Source of the DNA: Nitrospirota bacterium
Lineage (GTDB): Bacteria; Nitrospirota; JACRHJ01
Length of the DNA: 64,000 nucleotides
Assembly: GCA_963845245.1 (NCBI GenBank)
Contig: CAWJRJ010000024.1
Coordinates: 32,001-96,000, forward strand
Direction of reading: 5' to 3'
Shown: one piece after another, positions 41,871 through 51,663 of the stretch
How the letters are laid out: every line of letters starts with the position of its first letter
Numbering within the stretch: the first letter of the stretch is position 1
The notes under the pieces: generated by a model
Database searches by the model: none
What the model was told of the DNA's origin: nothing
What the model saw: only the letters and a program-made list of their open reading frames with translations
Program-made: the position numbers and the translations under genes

Positions 41871-42917
41871 ATGAGAAAGAAAATTGGCATCCTGACAGGG
41901 GGCGGAGATTGTCCCGGGCTCAACGCCGTTATCAGGGCGGTCTTCAGGAGGGCAGAGCAGTTCGATTACGACGTGATCGGCATCAAGGACGGCTGGAAGG
42001 GCCTGATGGAGATGGACTACGAGCCCCTCTGCCGCAATAATGTATCGGGCATCCACCTCTTCGGCGGCACGATACTCGGCACGTCGCGCACCAACCCGTT
42101 CAAGAAGGAAAACGGGGCCGAGATCGTAGCCGAGAACATGAAGAAGATGGACCTTTACGCGCTGGTTGCGGTTGGCGGCGACGACACCCTGGGGGTATGC
42201 AACAAGCTCTCAAAGATGGGGCTGAACACGGTCGGCGTGCCAAAGACGATAGACAACGACCTCTCTGCCACCGACGTCACCTTCGGTTACGACACAGCGG
42301 TCTCGATTGCCACGGAATGCATAGACCGCCTACATACCACAGCCGAATCGCACCACCGCACGCTGGTGGTGGAGATAATGGGCCGCCATGCCGGCTGGAT
42401 AACCTGTGCGTCCGGCATCGCCGGCGGCGCTGACATGATACTCGTTCCCGAGGAGCCTTTCAATATTGTCGAGGTCTGCGACGTCCTGAAGAAGCGCTTC
42501 GCGCGCGGCAAGAGGTTCAACATTGTCGCCGTGTCCGAGGGTGCCAAGTTCTCCGATGCTCCGGGTGTCGAGGGCAGCATGGTACTCCAGACCGCCGAGA
42601 AGGACGCCTTCGGGAACGTGCGCCTGGGCGGTATAGCCAACATCCTTGCATCCGAGATCGAGCAGAGGACCGGCTTTGAAACCAGGTCCGTCATACTGGG
42701 CCACCTCCAGAGGGGCGGTACGCCGACTGCATTCGACCGTATCCTGGCCACAAGGTTCGGCGTCAAGGCGGTGGACATGGTGCATAACGGCGAGTTCGGC
42801 AAGATGGTCGCCATCCAGGGGACCAAGATGGTCGCGGTACCGCTAGAAGAGGCGGTAGGCAAGACCAAGACGCTCGACATGGACGTCTACGAGACAGCGA
42901 AGATATTCTTCGGTTAG
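41871..42917 (+). CDS. 6-phosphofructokinase, PPi-type signature
   Basis: TGGGDCPGLN, GGDDT, PKTIDND, EIMGRHAGW. Confidence 0.9.
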   Translation: MRKKIGILTGGGDCPGLNAVIRAVFRRAEQFDYDVIGIKDGWKGLMEMDYEPLCRNNVSGIHLFGGTILGTSRTNPFKKENGAEIVAENMKKMDLYALVAVGGDDTLGVCNKLSKMGLNTVGVPKTIDNDLSATDVTFGYDTAVSIATECIDRLHTTAESHHRTLVVEIMGRHAGWITCASGIAGGADMILVPEEPFNIVEVCDVLKKRFARGKRFNIVAVSEGAKFSDAPGVEGSMVLQTAEKDAFGNVRLGGIANILASEIEQRTGFETRSVILGHLQRGGTPTAFDRILATRFGVKAVDMVHNGEFGKMVAIQGTKMVAVPLEEAVGKTKTLDMDVYETAKIFFG

Positions 42918-42938
42918 CCTTGCAGTAACGGAGGTGCG

Positions 42939-43904
42939 ATGAAGAAGATAGGCATCCTCACATCCGGGGGCGACTCCTCGGGCATGAACGCCGCTATTAG
43001 AAGCGTGGTCAGCACTGCGCTCCAGAACGGCATTGCCGTGGTGGGCTTCATACAGGGCTACCAGGGACTGATAGAGAACAATTTCTCCGATATGGACATG
43101 TCCGCCGTCGATGGCATTATCCAGCGGGGCGGGACGATCCTTCGTTCAGCCAGGTGCCTTGAGTTCAAGAGCGACTGGGGGCAGCGTACAGCCCTTGAGA
43201 ATATCGATAAGAACGGCATAGAGGGAATGGTCGTCATAGGCGGCGACGGTTCCCTGCACGGTGCACAGGTACTGCATGACCTGGGCGTGCCTGTAATAGG
43301 CATCCCCGCCTCGATAGACAACGACATCTACGGTACGGACATGGCCATCGGTGTAGACACCGCGCTGAACACGATCGTGCACGCGGTGGACAGCCTGAGG
43401 GACACAGCGTCGTCCCACGACCGCGCCTTCATACTCGAGGTCATGGGCAGAAGCTCAGGCTACCTCGCATTCACGTCCGGCATCGCATGCGCAGCCGAGG
43501 CCGTCATAATCCCGGAGGTCCCCTACAACCTCGAAGTAATCGGCGACCGGCTCCTCGAAGCAAAGCGGCGCGGCAAGACTAACAGCATCGTCATAGTCGC
43601 CGAGGGCGCCGCATCGGCATACGCCGTTGAGATGAAGCTTAAGTCTTTTGCGGGGTTCGAGACGAGGATAACCGTGCTGGGCCATCTGCAGAGGGGCGGA
43701 GAACCGACGGTGTTCGACCGGATTATTGCAACCCGCATGGGCGCGGCGGCGGTGAAGCGGCTCAATGCAGGAGAGCGCGGTGTTATGGTAGGTCATGTAA
43801 AGAACGAGATAGCATCGACGCCTTTCAACGAGGTGTTCGCGAACAAGAAGGTGCTCGAAGAAAAAAGTCTCGCCCAGGCGAGGGTGCTGGCCGGCGGTCA
43901 ATAG
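42939..43904 (+). CDS. pfkA: ATP-dependent 6-phosphofructokinase
   Basis: TSGGDSSGMN, SARC, GGDGS, PASIDND, EVMGR, LGHLQRGG. Confidence 0.93.
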   Translation: MKKIGILTSGGDSSGMNAAIRSVVSTALQNGIAVVGFIQGYQGLIENNFSDMDMSAVDGIIQRGGTILRSARCLEFKSDWGQRTALENIDKNGIEGMVVIGGDGSLHGAQVLHDLGVPVIGIPASIDNDIYGTDMAIGVDTALNTIVHAVDSLRDTASSHDRAFILEVMGRSSGYLAFTSGIACAAEAVIIPEVPYNLEVIGDRLLEAKRRGKTNSIVIVAEGAASAYAVEMKLKSFAGFETRITVLGHLQRGGEPTVFDRIIATRMGAAAVKRLNAGERGVMVGHVKNEIASTPFNEVFANKKVLEEKSLAQARVLAGGQ

Positions 43905-43925
43905 CTATAACTGAGGGCTTTTACA

Positions 43926-44642
43926 ATGGCTGAGAACATAGACGAGCTGTACATGCGCGGCAGGGAGGCATTCGACAAGCAGGATTTCAAGGAGGCGGAA
44001 CGGTGTTTCCTTGAGGTCGTGAAGACGCGCCCGTACGCGGACGTCTTCAACAAGCTGGGCCAGATCTTCTACAACAAGGGAGAACTGGGCAAAGCCGCAT
44101 CGGCCTTCAAGAAGGCGCTGGAGATAAACCCCAGCTACACGGAGGTATCGCTGAACCTCGCTGTCACGCTGAACGACATGGGCCGCTACAACGAGGCGGG
44201 CGAGATATTCAGCAAGGCAGCCAAGATCGCCCACAGCGCCCCCTACACGCTCGACCCGTACATAAAAGGGAAACTCGCCAACGAGCACGCGAAGATCGGC
44301 GACATGTACTACGACCTCGGTCTTTACGGCGAGGCGGTCGAGGAATACAAGAAGTCCATAAAGCTTCGCCCCACATTCATTGACATACTCACAAAGATCG
44401 GTATCGCGTACCGCGAGAAGGGCCTCTACAACGAGGCCATCCGCGAGTTCATGAAGGCCAAGGAGATAAACCCCAAGTACATCCCGGCCCGCATCAACCT
44501 GGGCATCACCTATTACATGAAGGGCTTCATAGACATGGCCGTCTCCGAGTGGAACGAGGCCCTGAAGGTGAGCCCGGACAACACCGACGCCCTCATGTAC
44601 CTCAAGTTCGTGCAGTCCGAGAATGAAGAAACCACCCTTTAG
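43926..44642 (+). CDS. TPR protein
   Basis: about six TPRs. Confidence 0.88.
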   Translation: MAENIDELYMRGREAFDKQDFKEAERCFLEVVKTRPYADVFNKLGQIFYNKGELGKAASAFKKALEINPSYTEVSLNLAVTLNDMGRYNEAGEIFSKAAKIAHSAPYTLDPYIKGKLANEHAKIGDMYYDLGLYGEAVEEYKKSIKLRPTFIDILTKIGIAYREKGLYNEAIREFMKAKEINPKYIPARINLGITYYMKGFIDMAVSEWNEALKVSPDNTDALMYLKFVQSENEETTL

Positions 44643-44662
44643 CCCGCAGGAAGCCTGTACCA

Positions 44663-45639
44663 ATGACTGAACCGTTATTGTCGGTAAGGGGGCTTAAAAC
44701 TGCCTTCAAGACCCGCGAGGGCGTCTTCAACGCCGTCGACGGCGTCAGCTTCGACGTCTCACAAGGGCGAGGTGCTTGGCCTTGTGGGCGAGTCGGGCTG
44801 CGGCAAGAGCGTCACGGCGCTGTCCATCCTCCGCATTCTCCCGGACCCGCCCGGAAAGGTGGCGGGTGGCGAGGTGTTCTTCGAGGGGCGCGACCTGCTC
44901 AAGCTCCCCGAGCCCGAGATGCGCAAGGTGCGCGGCGGCGGCATCGGGATGGTGTTCCAGGAGCCGATGACATCGCTCAACCCGGTCTTCACGGTGGGCG
45001 AGCAGGTGGCCGAGCCGCTGATGGTGCACAAGGGCATGGCACAAGGACGCCGCGCTCAAGCGCGTCGCGGAGCTTTTCGACCTGGTCGGCCTGCCCGAGC
45101 CCGGACGGCTTGTCTCCACCTACCCTCACCAGCTCTCGGGCGGGATGCGCCAGCGGGTGATGATAGCGATGGCGATATCCTGCGAGCCGCGCCTCATCAT
45201 TGCGGACGAGCCGACCACCGCGCTCGACGTCACCATCCAGGCCCAGATACTGGAACTTTTAAACGACATCCGAAAGAAGTTCAATACGGCCGTGATACTC
45301 ATCACGCACGACCTGGGCATCATCGCGCAGATGGCGGACCGCGTCGCGGTGATGTATGCCGGGCGCATAGTCGAGTACACGAAGACGGACGACATATTCT
45401 ACGACCCGCTCCACCCCTACACCGAGGGGCTGCTTGCGTCCATACCGAAGCCGGGCGAGAAGCTGCACCGTCTGAAGGCAATTCCCGGCATGGTGCCGAA
45501 GCTCTCCGACCTCCCGAAGGGCTGCAAGTTCTTTCCGCGCTGCACGGTGTCGAAACCTGAGTACGAGGAGCGGGAGCCGGAGCTGGTCGAGGTAAAGCCG
45601 GGCCATTTCGTAAGGTGCTTCAGGGCACAGGGCAGATAA
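44663..45639 (+). CDS. oligopeptide/dipeptide ABC transporter ATP-binding subunit (two frameshifts)
   Basis: [58 protein letters not shown]. Confidence 0.9.
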
Positions 45640-45660
45640 ATCAAAACAACGGAGGTGCAA

Positions 45661-46083
45661 ATGTTCAAGAGAGGTTTTATCAAATTAGTTGTACTGGCCG
45701 CCGTGCTTGTACTGATCCCCACATTCGTAATCGCAAAGGAGAAGAAAGTGACCAGACCTGACGGACTTGTAATCGAGGAACTTAAAGTGGGCACCGGCGC
45801 CGAGGCAAAGAAAGGGCAGACCGTGACCGTGCATTACACAGGCTGGCTGACGAACGGCACCAAGTTCGACTCAAGCGTTGACAGGCACGAGCCGTTTGTG
45901 TTCCACCTTGGCGCTGGCGAAGTCATCAAGGGCTGGGACGAAGGCGTACAGGGCATGAAGGTCGGCGGCAAGCGCAAGCTCACCATACCGGCGGCACTCG
46001 GCTATGGCGCACGCGGTGCAGGCGGCGCGATACCGCCCAACGCGACACTCGTCTTCGACGTCGAGCTTCTGAAAGTTCAGTAG
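45661..46083 (+). CDS. secreted FKBP-type peptidyl-prolyl isomerase
   Basis: signal peptide, VHYTGWL, FDSS, VIKGWDEG, IPPNATLVFDVELL. Confidence 0.95.
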   Translation: MFKRGFIKLVVLAAVLVLIPTFVIAKEKKVTRPDGLVIEELKVGTGAEAKKGQTVTVHYTGWLTNGTKFDSSVDRHEPFVFHLGAGEVIKGWDEGVQGMKVGGKRKLTIPAALGYGARGAGGAIPPNATLVFDVELLKVQ

Positions 46084-46102
46084 CCGGTTTTACGAAAGGA
46101 TA

Positions 46103-46266
46103 TAACGTAACGGGGGCTGTTTCAGGACTGTCAATGTGAGGCCATCTACAAGTTATTCGAAGGCGGATTACCAAATACGCTTCTTATTGCGTCTCTGCCG
46201 AAGCCGTCGTATTACTTGTAGAGGCCGAATCTTTTTGACGGGCCGTGAATAGCCCCCTTTACGTTA
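46103..46266. other. 164-nt nested inverted repeat (MITE-like element or rod-shaped ncRNA)
   Basis: four nested complementary blocks spanning the intergenic region. Confidence 0.65.
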
Positions 46267-46272
46267 ACGATT

Positions 46273-47010
46273 ATGGAAACAGAGAAGATACGACTCTCAA
46301 AACTTATGTCCCAGCGCGGCATCTGCTCGCGCCGCGAGGCCGACGCCTTTATAGAGCGCGGCTTCGTTTACGTTGACGGTGAACGTGTGGATGTCCTCGG
46401 TACGAAGGTGGATCCGGACTGCGAGGTTGTGCTCGACGAGCGCGCGAGGCGTGAGCAGACAAAGCTGGTCACCATCCTCATGAACAAACCTGTCGGGTAC
46501 GTATCAGGGCTTCCGGAGAAAGGCTACAAGCCGGCCGTCTCGCTTATCACCGCGGAAAACCACTACGCCAGGGACAAGTCGCCGATCAAGTTCTCATCCA
46601 TGCAGACGATGGGGCTTGCCCCGGCGGGCAGGCTGGACATAGACTCTATTGGCTTGATCGTATTCACCCAGGACGGACGGATCGCCAAAGAACTTATAGG
46701 TGAGGGTTCCGGCATCGAGAAGGAGTACCTCGTCCGTGTGGAGGGTGAACTTTCAGATGAAGGCTTTCAGCTCTTGAACCACGGCCTGAGACTGGACGGA
46801 AAGCCCCTTAAGCCTGCCCATGTGAGATGGCTGAACTACGACCAGCTCCGGTTCATCCTGACTGAGGGCAAGAAGCGGCAGATCCGCCGTATGTGCGAGC
46901 TTGTCGGGCTGAAGGTGACAGGGCTTAAACGCGTGAGGATTGGAAATGTAATGCTGGGCGACCTTCCCGTGGGGCAATGGCGCTACCTGCTTGACACCGA
47001 GAAGTTCTGA
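46273..47010 (+). CDS. RsuA/RluF-family rRNA pseudouridine synthase
   Basis: S4 domain (CSRREAD), [24 protein letters not shown]. Confidence 0.93.
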   Translation: METEKIRLSKLMSQRGICSRREADAFIERGFVYVDGERVDVLGTKVDPDCEVVLDERARREQTKLVTILMNKPVGYVSGLPEKGYKPAVSLITAENHYARDKSPIKFSSMQTMGLAPAGRLDIDSIGLIVFTQDGRIAKELIGEGSGIEKEYLVRVEGELSDEGFQLLNHGLRLDGKPLKPAHVRWLNYDQLRFILTEGKKRQIRRMCELVGLKVTGLKRVRIGNVMLGDLPVGQWRYLLDTEKF

Positions 47011-47014
47011 AGAC

Positions 47015-47096
47015 AAAAAAATACGGCGATTCCTACGTACCACCGCAATCTGGGGGAGGGGGTTAAATACGTTGGTTTCGCCGTATATTTGGATAT
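47015..47096 (-). ncRNA. candidate small RNA / long terminator hairpin
   Basis: stem AUACGGCGA/UCGCCGUAU closing a C-rich loop, followed by U7; TGnTATATT -10 box just upstream. Confidence 0.45.
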
Positions 47097-47196
47097 GATT
47101 TCAATATACCATAAGATTCCATTTTTGTCCTTCGTCTGAGACTTTATTACAAGTATTCTGAATAAATTTGCAAGTCCATACTACTTAAGGGTTATT

Positions 47197-48219
47197 TCAG
47201 GGTTTAACCGGGGTTGTTTCAATCCCCTTGAACCTGCCGGTTCCGAAGATCTTCCCTTCCGAATCCACCATCAGCGTCTCGATCTCAGGGTGTGCCAAGG
47301 CAAACGCCTTCGCCTTTTCAGGGCCCATGACGAACATCTTCGTCATTGAGTCAGCCATCCATGACTGTTTGGCGATAACGGTCACACTTATCAGCCCCCT
47401 GGCAGGATAACCTGTTTTCGGGTCGAGTATGTGGTGGTACCGTACACCGTCCTTGATGAAGAACCGTTCGTAGTCGCCTGATGTCGATGTGGCCGCGTCG
47501 GTAATCTCAACCTTCGCAAGCACGCCGTCCTTCACACGCGGGTGCTGGATCCCGACAGTCCACGGGCTTCCGTCGGGCCGCCTGCCGAAGAGCTTCAGGT
47601 CTCCCGCCACAGCCACGATGCCTCCCTTCACACCCCTTTTCTTCATCGCCTCGACGGCCATGTCCGCCGCGTATCCCTTGGCAATCCCGCCCAGGTCTAT
47701 CGACATACCCTTCTTCTTTAAAAAGACGGTGCCAGCCTCCCTGTCCACCACTATGTTCTCGTAACCGACAAGCTGGAGCGCCTTTTTAATTTCGGCAGGG
47801 TCAGGAACATGAGCATCGTCGCTGCCAATCTTCCATAGCCTTACGACCGGCCCGACCGTCGGGTCGAACGCGCCTCCCGTCAGCCTGGCAGTCTTTACTG
47901 CGTCTTCCACGTTGTCGATTACCTCTGAGTCCACCTTGACCGGCGCAATGCCCGCGTTAGCGTTTATCTGGCTAAGCTGCGACTCGGGTTTGTACGTGCT
48001 CATCAGCGCATCGACACGGTTGATCTCGGCGAAGCCCGCGTTCACCGCGTCCAGGACCTGTTTGTCCGGGAGGCCGTCCTTCACGGCTGTGATGGTCACA
48101 TATGTGCCCATAATCACGCGGGTATCTTTGTAGAGTGAGTCCGCGCGGGTGCATGCGGATAAAACCGCCACGGCAATAACAATAAGAAGAAACACTATAA
48201 TTTTTAGTATTTTTGCCAT
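47197..48219 (-). CDS. apbE: FAD:protein FMN transferase lipoprotein
   Basis: lipobox LSAC, MGT, GAFDPTVGP, DLGGIAKGYA, STSGDYER, HHILDPKTGYP. Confidence 0.95.
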   Translation of the reverse strand: MAKILKIIVFLLIVIAVAVLSACTRADSLYKDTRVIMGTYVTITAVKDGLPDKQVLDAVNAGFAEINRVDALMSTYKPESQLSQINANAGIAPVKVDSEVIDNVEDAVKTARLTGGAFDPTVGPVVRLWKIGSDDAHVPDPAEIKKALQLVGYENIVVDREAGTVFLKKKGMSIDLGGIAKGYAADMAVEAMKKRGVKGGIVAVAGDLKLFGRRPDGSPWTVGIQHPRVKDGVLAKVEITDAATSTSGDYERFFIKDGVRYHHILDPKTGYPARGLISVTVIAKQSWMADSMTKMFVMGPEKAKAFALAHPEIETLMVDSEGKIFGTGRFKGIETTPVKP

Positions 48220-48394
48220 AATTATTTATTCCTTGGTAAACGCTAAATGTAAATCTACTTTGCCTTAATATCAAGCAAATAATTTCCATCCCCGACTTTA
48301 GCCCGGCCAATAACTAACTCCTTGATTTCCCATGCGCCGCTATGATATCCTTCAAAGGTATTTTGTTTAAAACAACAACCCCGAGGTCCAAGGA

Positions 48395-49354
48395 ATGAAG
48401 AAGTTATTAGCCCTTATGGTTTTTTCCGCAGCACTCTTCTCCGCGCGCTCAGGCGTCTGCGCAACAGAGATAGACCGCATCGTCGCGATAGTCGGCCCTG
48501 ATGCCGTAACGCTCAGCGAAGTTCAGACCGAGATGGCGCCCGCCCTGGCGGACCTCAACCAGCGCTACCGCGGCGCGGAGCTCGCCAATGCCATCGACAG
48601 GCTCAAGAGAAGCACGCTGAACAGCTTAATAGACAAGCACCTCCAGATACAGGAGGCCAAGGTTCAGGGTATAGAGGTGACGGACGAAGAGGTGAACGGG
48701 GCCATCGACGATATCATGAAACGGAACAAGCTGGACAAGGATGGCTTCACTGCGGCACTGGCTAGCGAAGGATACACCTTCAACGATTACAAAAAGACGC
48801 TTGGCGACCAGCTTCTGACCATGAGACTGGTCGGGCGCGCCATCAAGTCAAAGATCAGCTTAAAAGAGGAAGAGATCGTAAACTACTTCAACCAGAACAA
48901 GGCAAAGTTCAGCCAGGCGGAGACTGTACGGGTTGCCAACATACTTTTCCCTGTAAAAGGGAACGACATGGACGCCGCCTTGAAGGATGCGCAGGACGCA
49001 CGCGCCAAGATTATGGCGGGCACTCCTTTCGAGGAGATGGCCGCTACCTGTACGGGAAACCCGGGCGCCGCAAAGTCTTGTGTACTTGGCTCATTCAAAC
49101 GGGGAGACCTTTCCCCTGACCTCGAGGCGAAGGCATTTTCAATGGCTGCCGGCGAGGTAAGCGAGCCTTTAAAGACCGACAAGGGCTACCAGCTTGTCAA
49201 GATCATGGAGAAGACACCCGCCAAGGACGCAAAGCTCGAAGACGTCCGCTCCCAGATAGTCGAGGAGCTTTCCTCGAAGCAGGGCGAGACCCTTTTTGCG
49301 GAATGGCTTCAGGAGCTTCGGAAGCATACATACGTCGAGATAAGAAGCTTCTAA
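48395..49354 (+). CDS. SurA-like periplasmic chaperone/parvulin PPIase
   Basis: signal peptide, IDRIVAIV, SurA N-domain, one degenerate parvulin domain. Confidence 0.85.
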   Translation: MKKLLALMVFSAALFSARSGVCATEIDRIVAIVGPDAVTLSEVQTEMAPALADLNQRYRGAELANAIDRLKRSTLNSLIDKHLQIQEAKVQGIEVTDEEVNGAIDDIMKRNKLDKDGFTAALASEGYTFNDYKKTLGDQLLTMRLVGRAIKSKISLKEEEIVNYFNQNKAKFSQAETVRVANILFPVKGNDMDAALKDAQDARAKIMAGTPFEEMAATCTGNPGAAKSCVLGSFKRGDLSPDLEAKAFSMAAGEVSEPLKTDKGYQLVKIMEKTPAKDAKLEDVRSQIVEELSSKQGETLFAEWLQELRKHTYVEIRSF

Positions 49355-49382
49355 CCGCGCCAGAAGCGTTGGTTTTCATACC

Positions 49383-49463
49383 CGGGACGCGGCAATACCG
49401 CGTCCTTTTGTTTTTTCGGATGCGAAACATTTTTCCAGGGCCGACGCACAGGTCGGCCCCTGC
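49383..49463. repeat. degenerate REP pair
   Basis: GGGCCGACGCACAGGTCGGCCCCTGC (49438-49463) resembles the 39918 copy; upstream hairpin GGACGCGGCAATACCGCGTCC. Confidence 0.65.
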
Positions 49464-49478
49464 AATAAGGAGTAAACC

Positions 49479-50652
49479 ATTAAGACATTAAAGCTTAAAA
49501 GAAAAGAAGACAGGCGCCTCAGGCGCGGCCACCCCTGGGCGTTCTCAAACGAGTTTGAGACCCCGTTTACGGGCATTGCCCCGGGCGATGTCGTCGAGGT
49601 GGTCTGACCACTCAGGCAGCTTCGTCGGCATAGGCTACGCAAACCCGCACTCCCTGATTGCCGTCAGGCTCCTGACGCGCGAACGTGAGGAGACCGGCCC
49701 TGCATTTATCCACCAGAGGGTGGAGCTTGCCAAAAGGCTTCGCGACCAGCTTTATCCCGGCCACGAATCCTGCCGAGTCTTTTTTTCGGAATCAGACCTT
49801 CTACCCGGCCTCGTAGTAGACCGCTACGGTAAGCACCTGTGCGTGCAATCCCTTACCGCGGGCGTAGAACGGCTTATGCCCACCATACTGGACGCACTCA
49901 TTGAAGCATACGCGCCGGAGGGGATAATACTGCGTAACGACACCGGCCTCAGGCAACTCGAAGGCCTCCCTCTTGAGAAAAAACTTGCCTATGGCAGATA
50001 TGACGGGCCAGTGGATGTGGAAATCGGCGGTCTTCGATTCAACGTAGACCTGATGGAAGGCCAGAAGACAGGGTTCTTCCTGGACCAGGTGGACAACTAC
50101 TCGGTCCTGGACACAATATCCGAAGGAACCGAGGCGCTCGACCTCTTCTGCCATACAGGAGCGTGGGCAATGGCGGCGGTAAAGAACGGCGCCGCAAACT
50201 GTATCGGCATTGACTCTTCTGCGCAGGCGCTCGACACGGCGATGTCGAACGCTAAACTCAACGGCCTGGATGACAGGTTGAGCTTTGTCCGTGAGGACGT
50301 TTTTGGCGCGCTCAAGAGACTTGGGGGCGAAGGCAGGAAGTATGGTCTGATAATCTCGGACCCGCCCGCCTTCATCAAGAGCCGGTCCAAGATTGCGGAA
50401 GGCCTCAAGGGATACAGGGACCTCAATACGAGGGTAATGAGGCTTGTAAAGCCTGGAGGCTGGCTTGTCAGCTGTTCGTGCTCGCACCACATGGACCGCG
50501 AGACCTTCCTTGAGGTGCTTCGCTCGGCAGCGGCCGGCGCGGGAAGGACCGTTAGGATGGCTGAGTTTCGTTCGCAGTCCAAAGACCATCCGGTGTTGCT
50601 TGCCGCCCAGGAGACCGAATACCTGAAATGCGCCCTGCTCCAGGTGCTTTGA
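49479..50652 (+). CDS. rlmI: RlmI-family 23S rRNA m5C methyltransferase (frameshift near 49600)
   Basis: N-terminal GHPWAFSNE in an upstream frame, SESDLLPGLVVDRYG, GQKTGFFLDQ, LDLFCHTG, DPPAF, SCSCS, DHP, EYLK; first codon after the AAGGAG RBS is ATT. Confidence 0.88.
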
Positions 50653-50653
50653 G

Positions 50654-50941
50654 ATGAAGCTGCCCTCCTTGTTTGCCCCACTTTTTAAAAGCAGGTTTTC
50701 ATGGTACTACAGGCAGCGGTACTGGGTGAGGTTCGGGATCACATTCGGTATCGGGTGGCTCGGCGCACTGGCGCTGGCCCAGGCGTGGGCAGTTGCTGTG
50801 GGAGAAAAAAAAGAGGCCCTCCTCTTTTACGCTCCAGAGGGGGCCATCCTTATAGTCATATTCCTTGTAGTATTTATGGCAGAAGGTGCCATAATCGGCG
50901 CCGTGGTAGACATTGCAGCCTACATGAGGCGGCGGAAATGA
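50654..50941 (+). CDS. small membrane protein
   Basis: two hydrophobic segments, abuts rlmI. Confidence 0.6.
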   Translation: MKLPSLFAPLFKSRFSWYYRQRYWVRFGITFGIGWLGALALAQAWAVAVGEKKEALLFYAPEGAILIVIFLVVFMAEGAIIGAVVDIAAYMRRRK

Positions 50942-51391
50942 TTACCTTCTCGCAACTCCCATGAATGCGGCAAGGCCTTCCATCTTCCTGTCGTCCATGT
51001 CGCAGAGGGCCTCCAGCATGCTCCTGCCCTTGTCCTCCATACGGAGAAGCCTGTCCACCGCTGAAAGGAGCCTCGGGTTTTCCTGCAGCCTCTTGAGGGT
51101 CTCATCGTTATAAGAGGTAGTGAAGCCACCGGTTGCAGGGGCTGAACTTCTGTAATCTGCGCCGGATATCTTTTCGCCCTTTCCTGTAAGTATCCAGTCT
51201 ATGCTGGCATTGGTCATGGAGGCGACCCCTTTAAGGAAGGCCAGAGAAGGCTTCGTGACCCCGTTTTCCACCTGTGATATATAGCCCTGGTCACAGCCTA
51301 TCCTGGAAGCCCAATCCTTCTGACGGTCATTTCCCCTCAACTCGCGAATCCTTCTCCCTATCTCCTGGTACACAAATCCTTTTGATGACAT
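50942..51391 (-). CDS. XRE-family HTH regulator
   Basis: IGRRIRELRG...QGYISQVENG..KPS, SIDWILTG. Confidence 0.88.
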   Translation of the reverse strand: MSSKGFVYQEIGRRIRELRGNDRQKDWASRIGCDQGYISQVENGVTKPSLAFLKGVASMTNASIDWILTGKGEKISGADYRSSAPATGGFTTSYNDETLKRLQENPRLLSAVDRLLRMEDKGRSMLEALCDMDDRKMEGLAAFMGVARR

Positions 51392-51663
51392 TTTCCACCA
51401 CCTTGTCTATATTATTAACCTGCCTGAAATCTCGTGGAATCCAGGTACTCCCCTTCACAACCGACCTTATCTTATTTCCTCAATTATACTTATATTCCGG
51501 GGAAAAATCAACCGGAATATTATTTAAAAAGTATAAAATAACTAATCTCTCTAACCCTTATGGGTTATTATAACACAAGAATATCAAATTTCAATTATAA
51601 AATTGTACTAATGTCAATTTAAAAGTATTATAATATGACTGTTTTGTCAACCTGGAGGTTGAT

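Noticed and set aside
43905..44663. Long antisense ORFs (also 20547..21473, 34395..35387, 49801..50589 and others)
   Set aside because: Shadow frames of high-GC3 genes with clear function on the opposite strand
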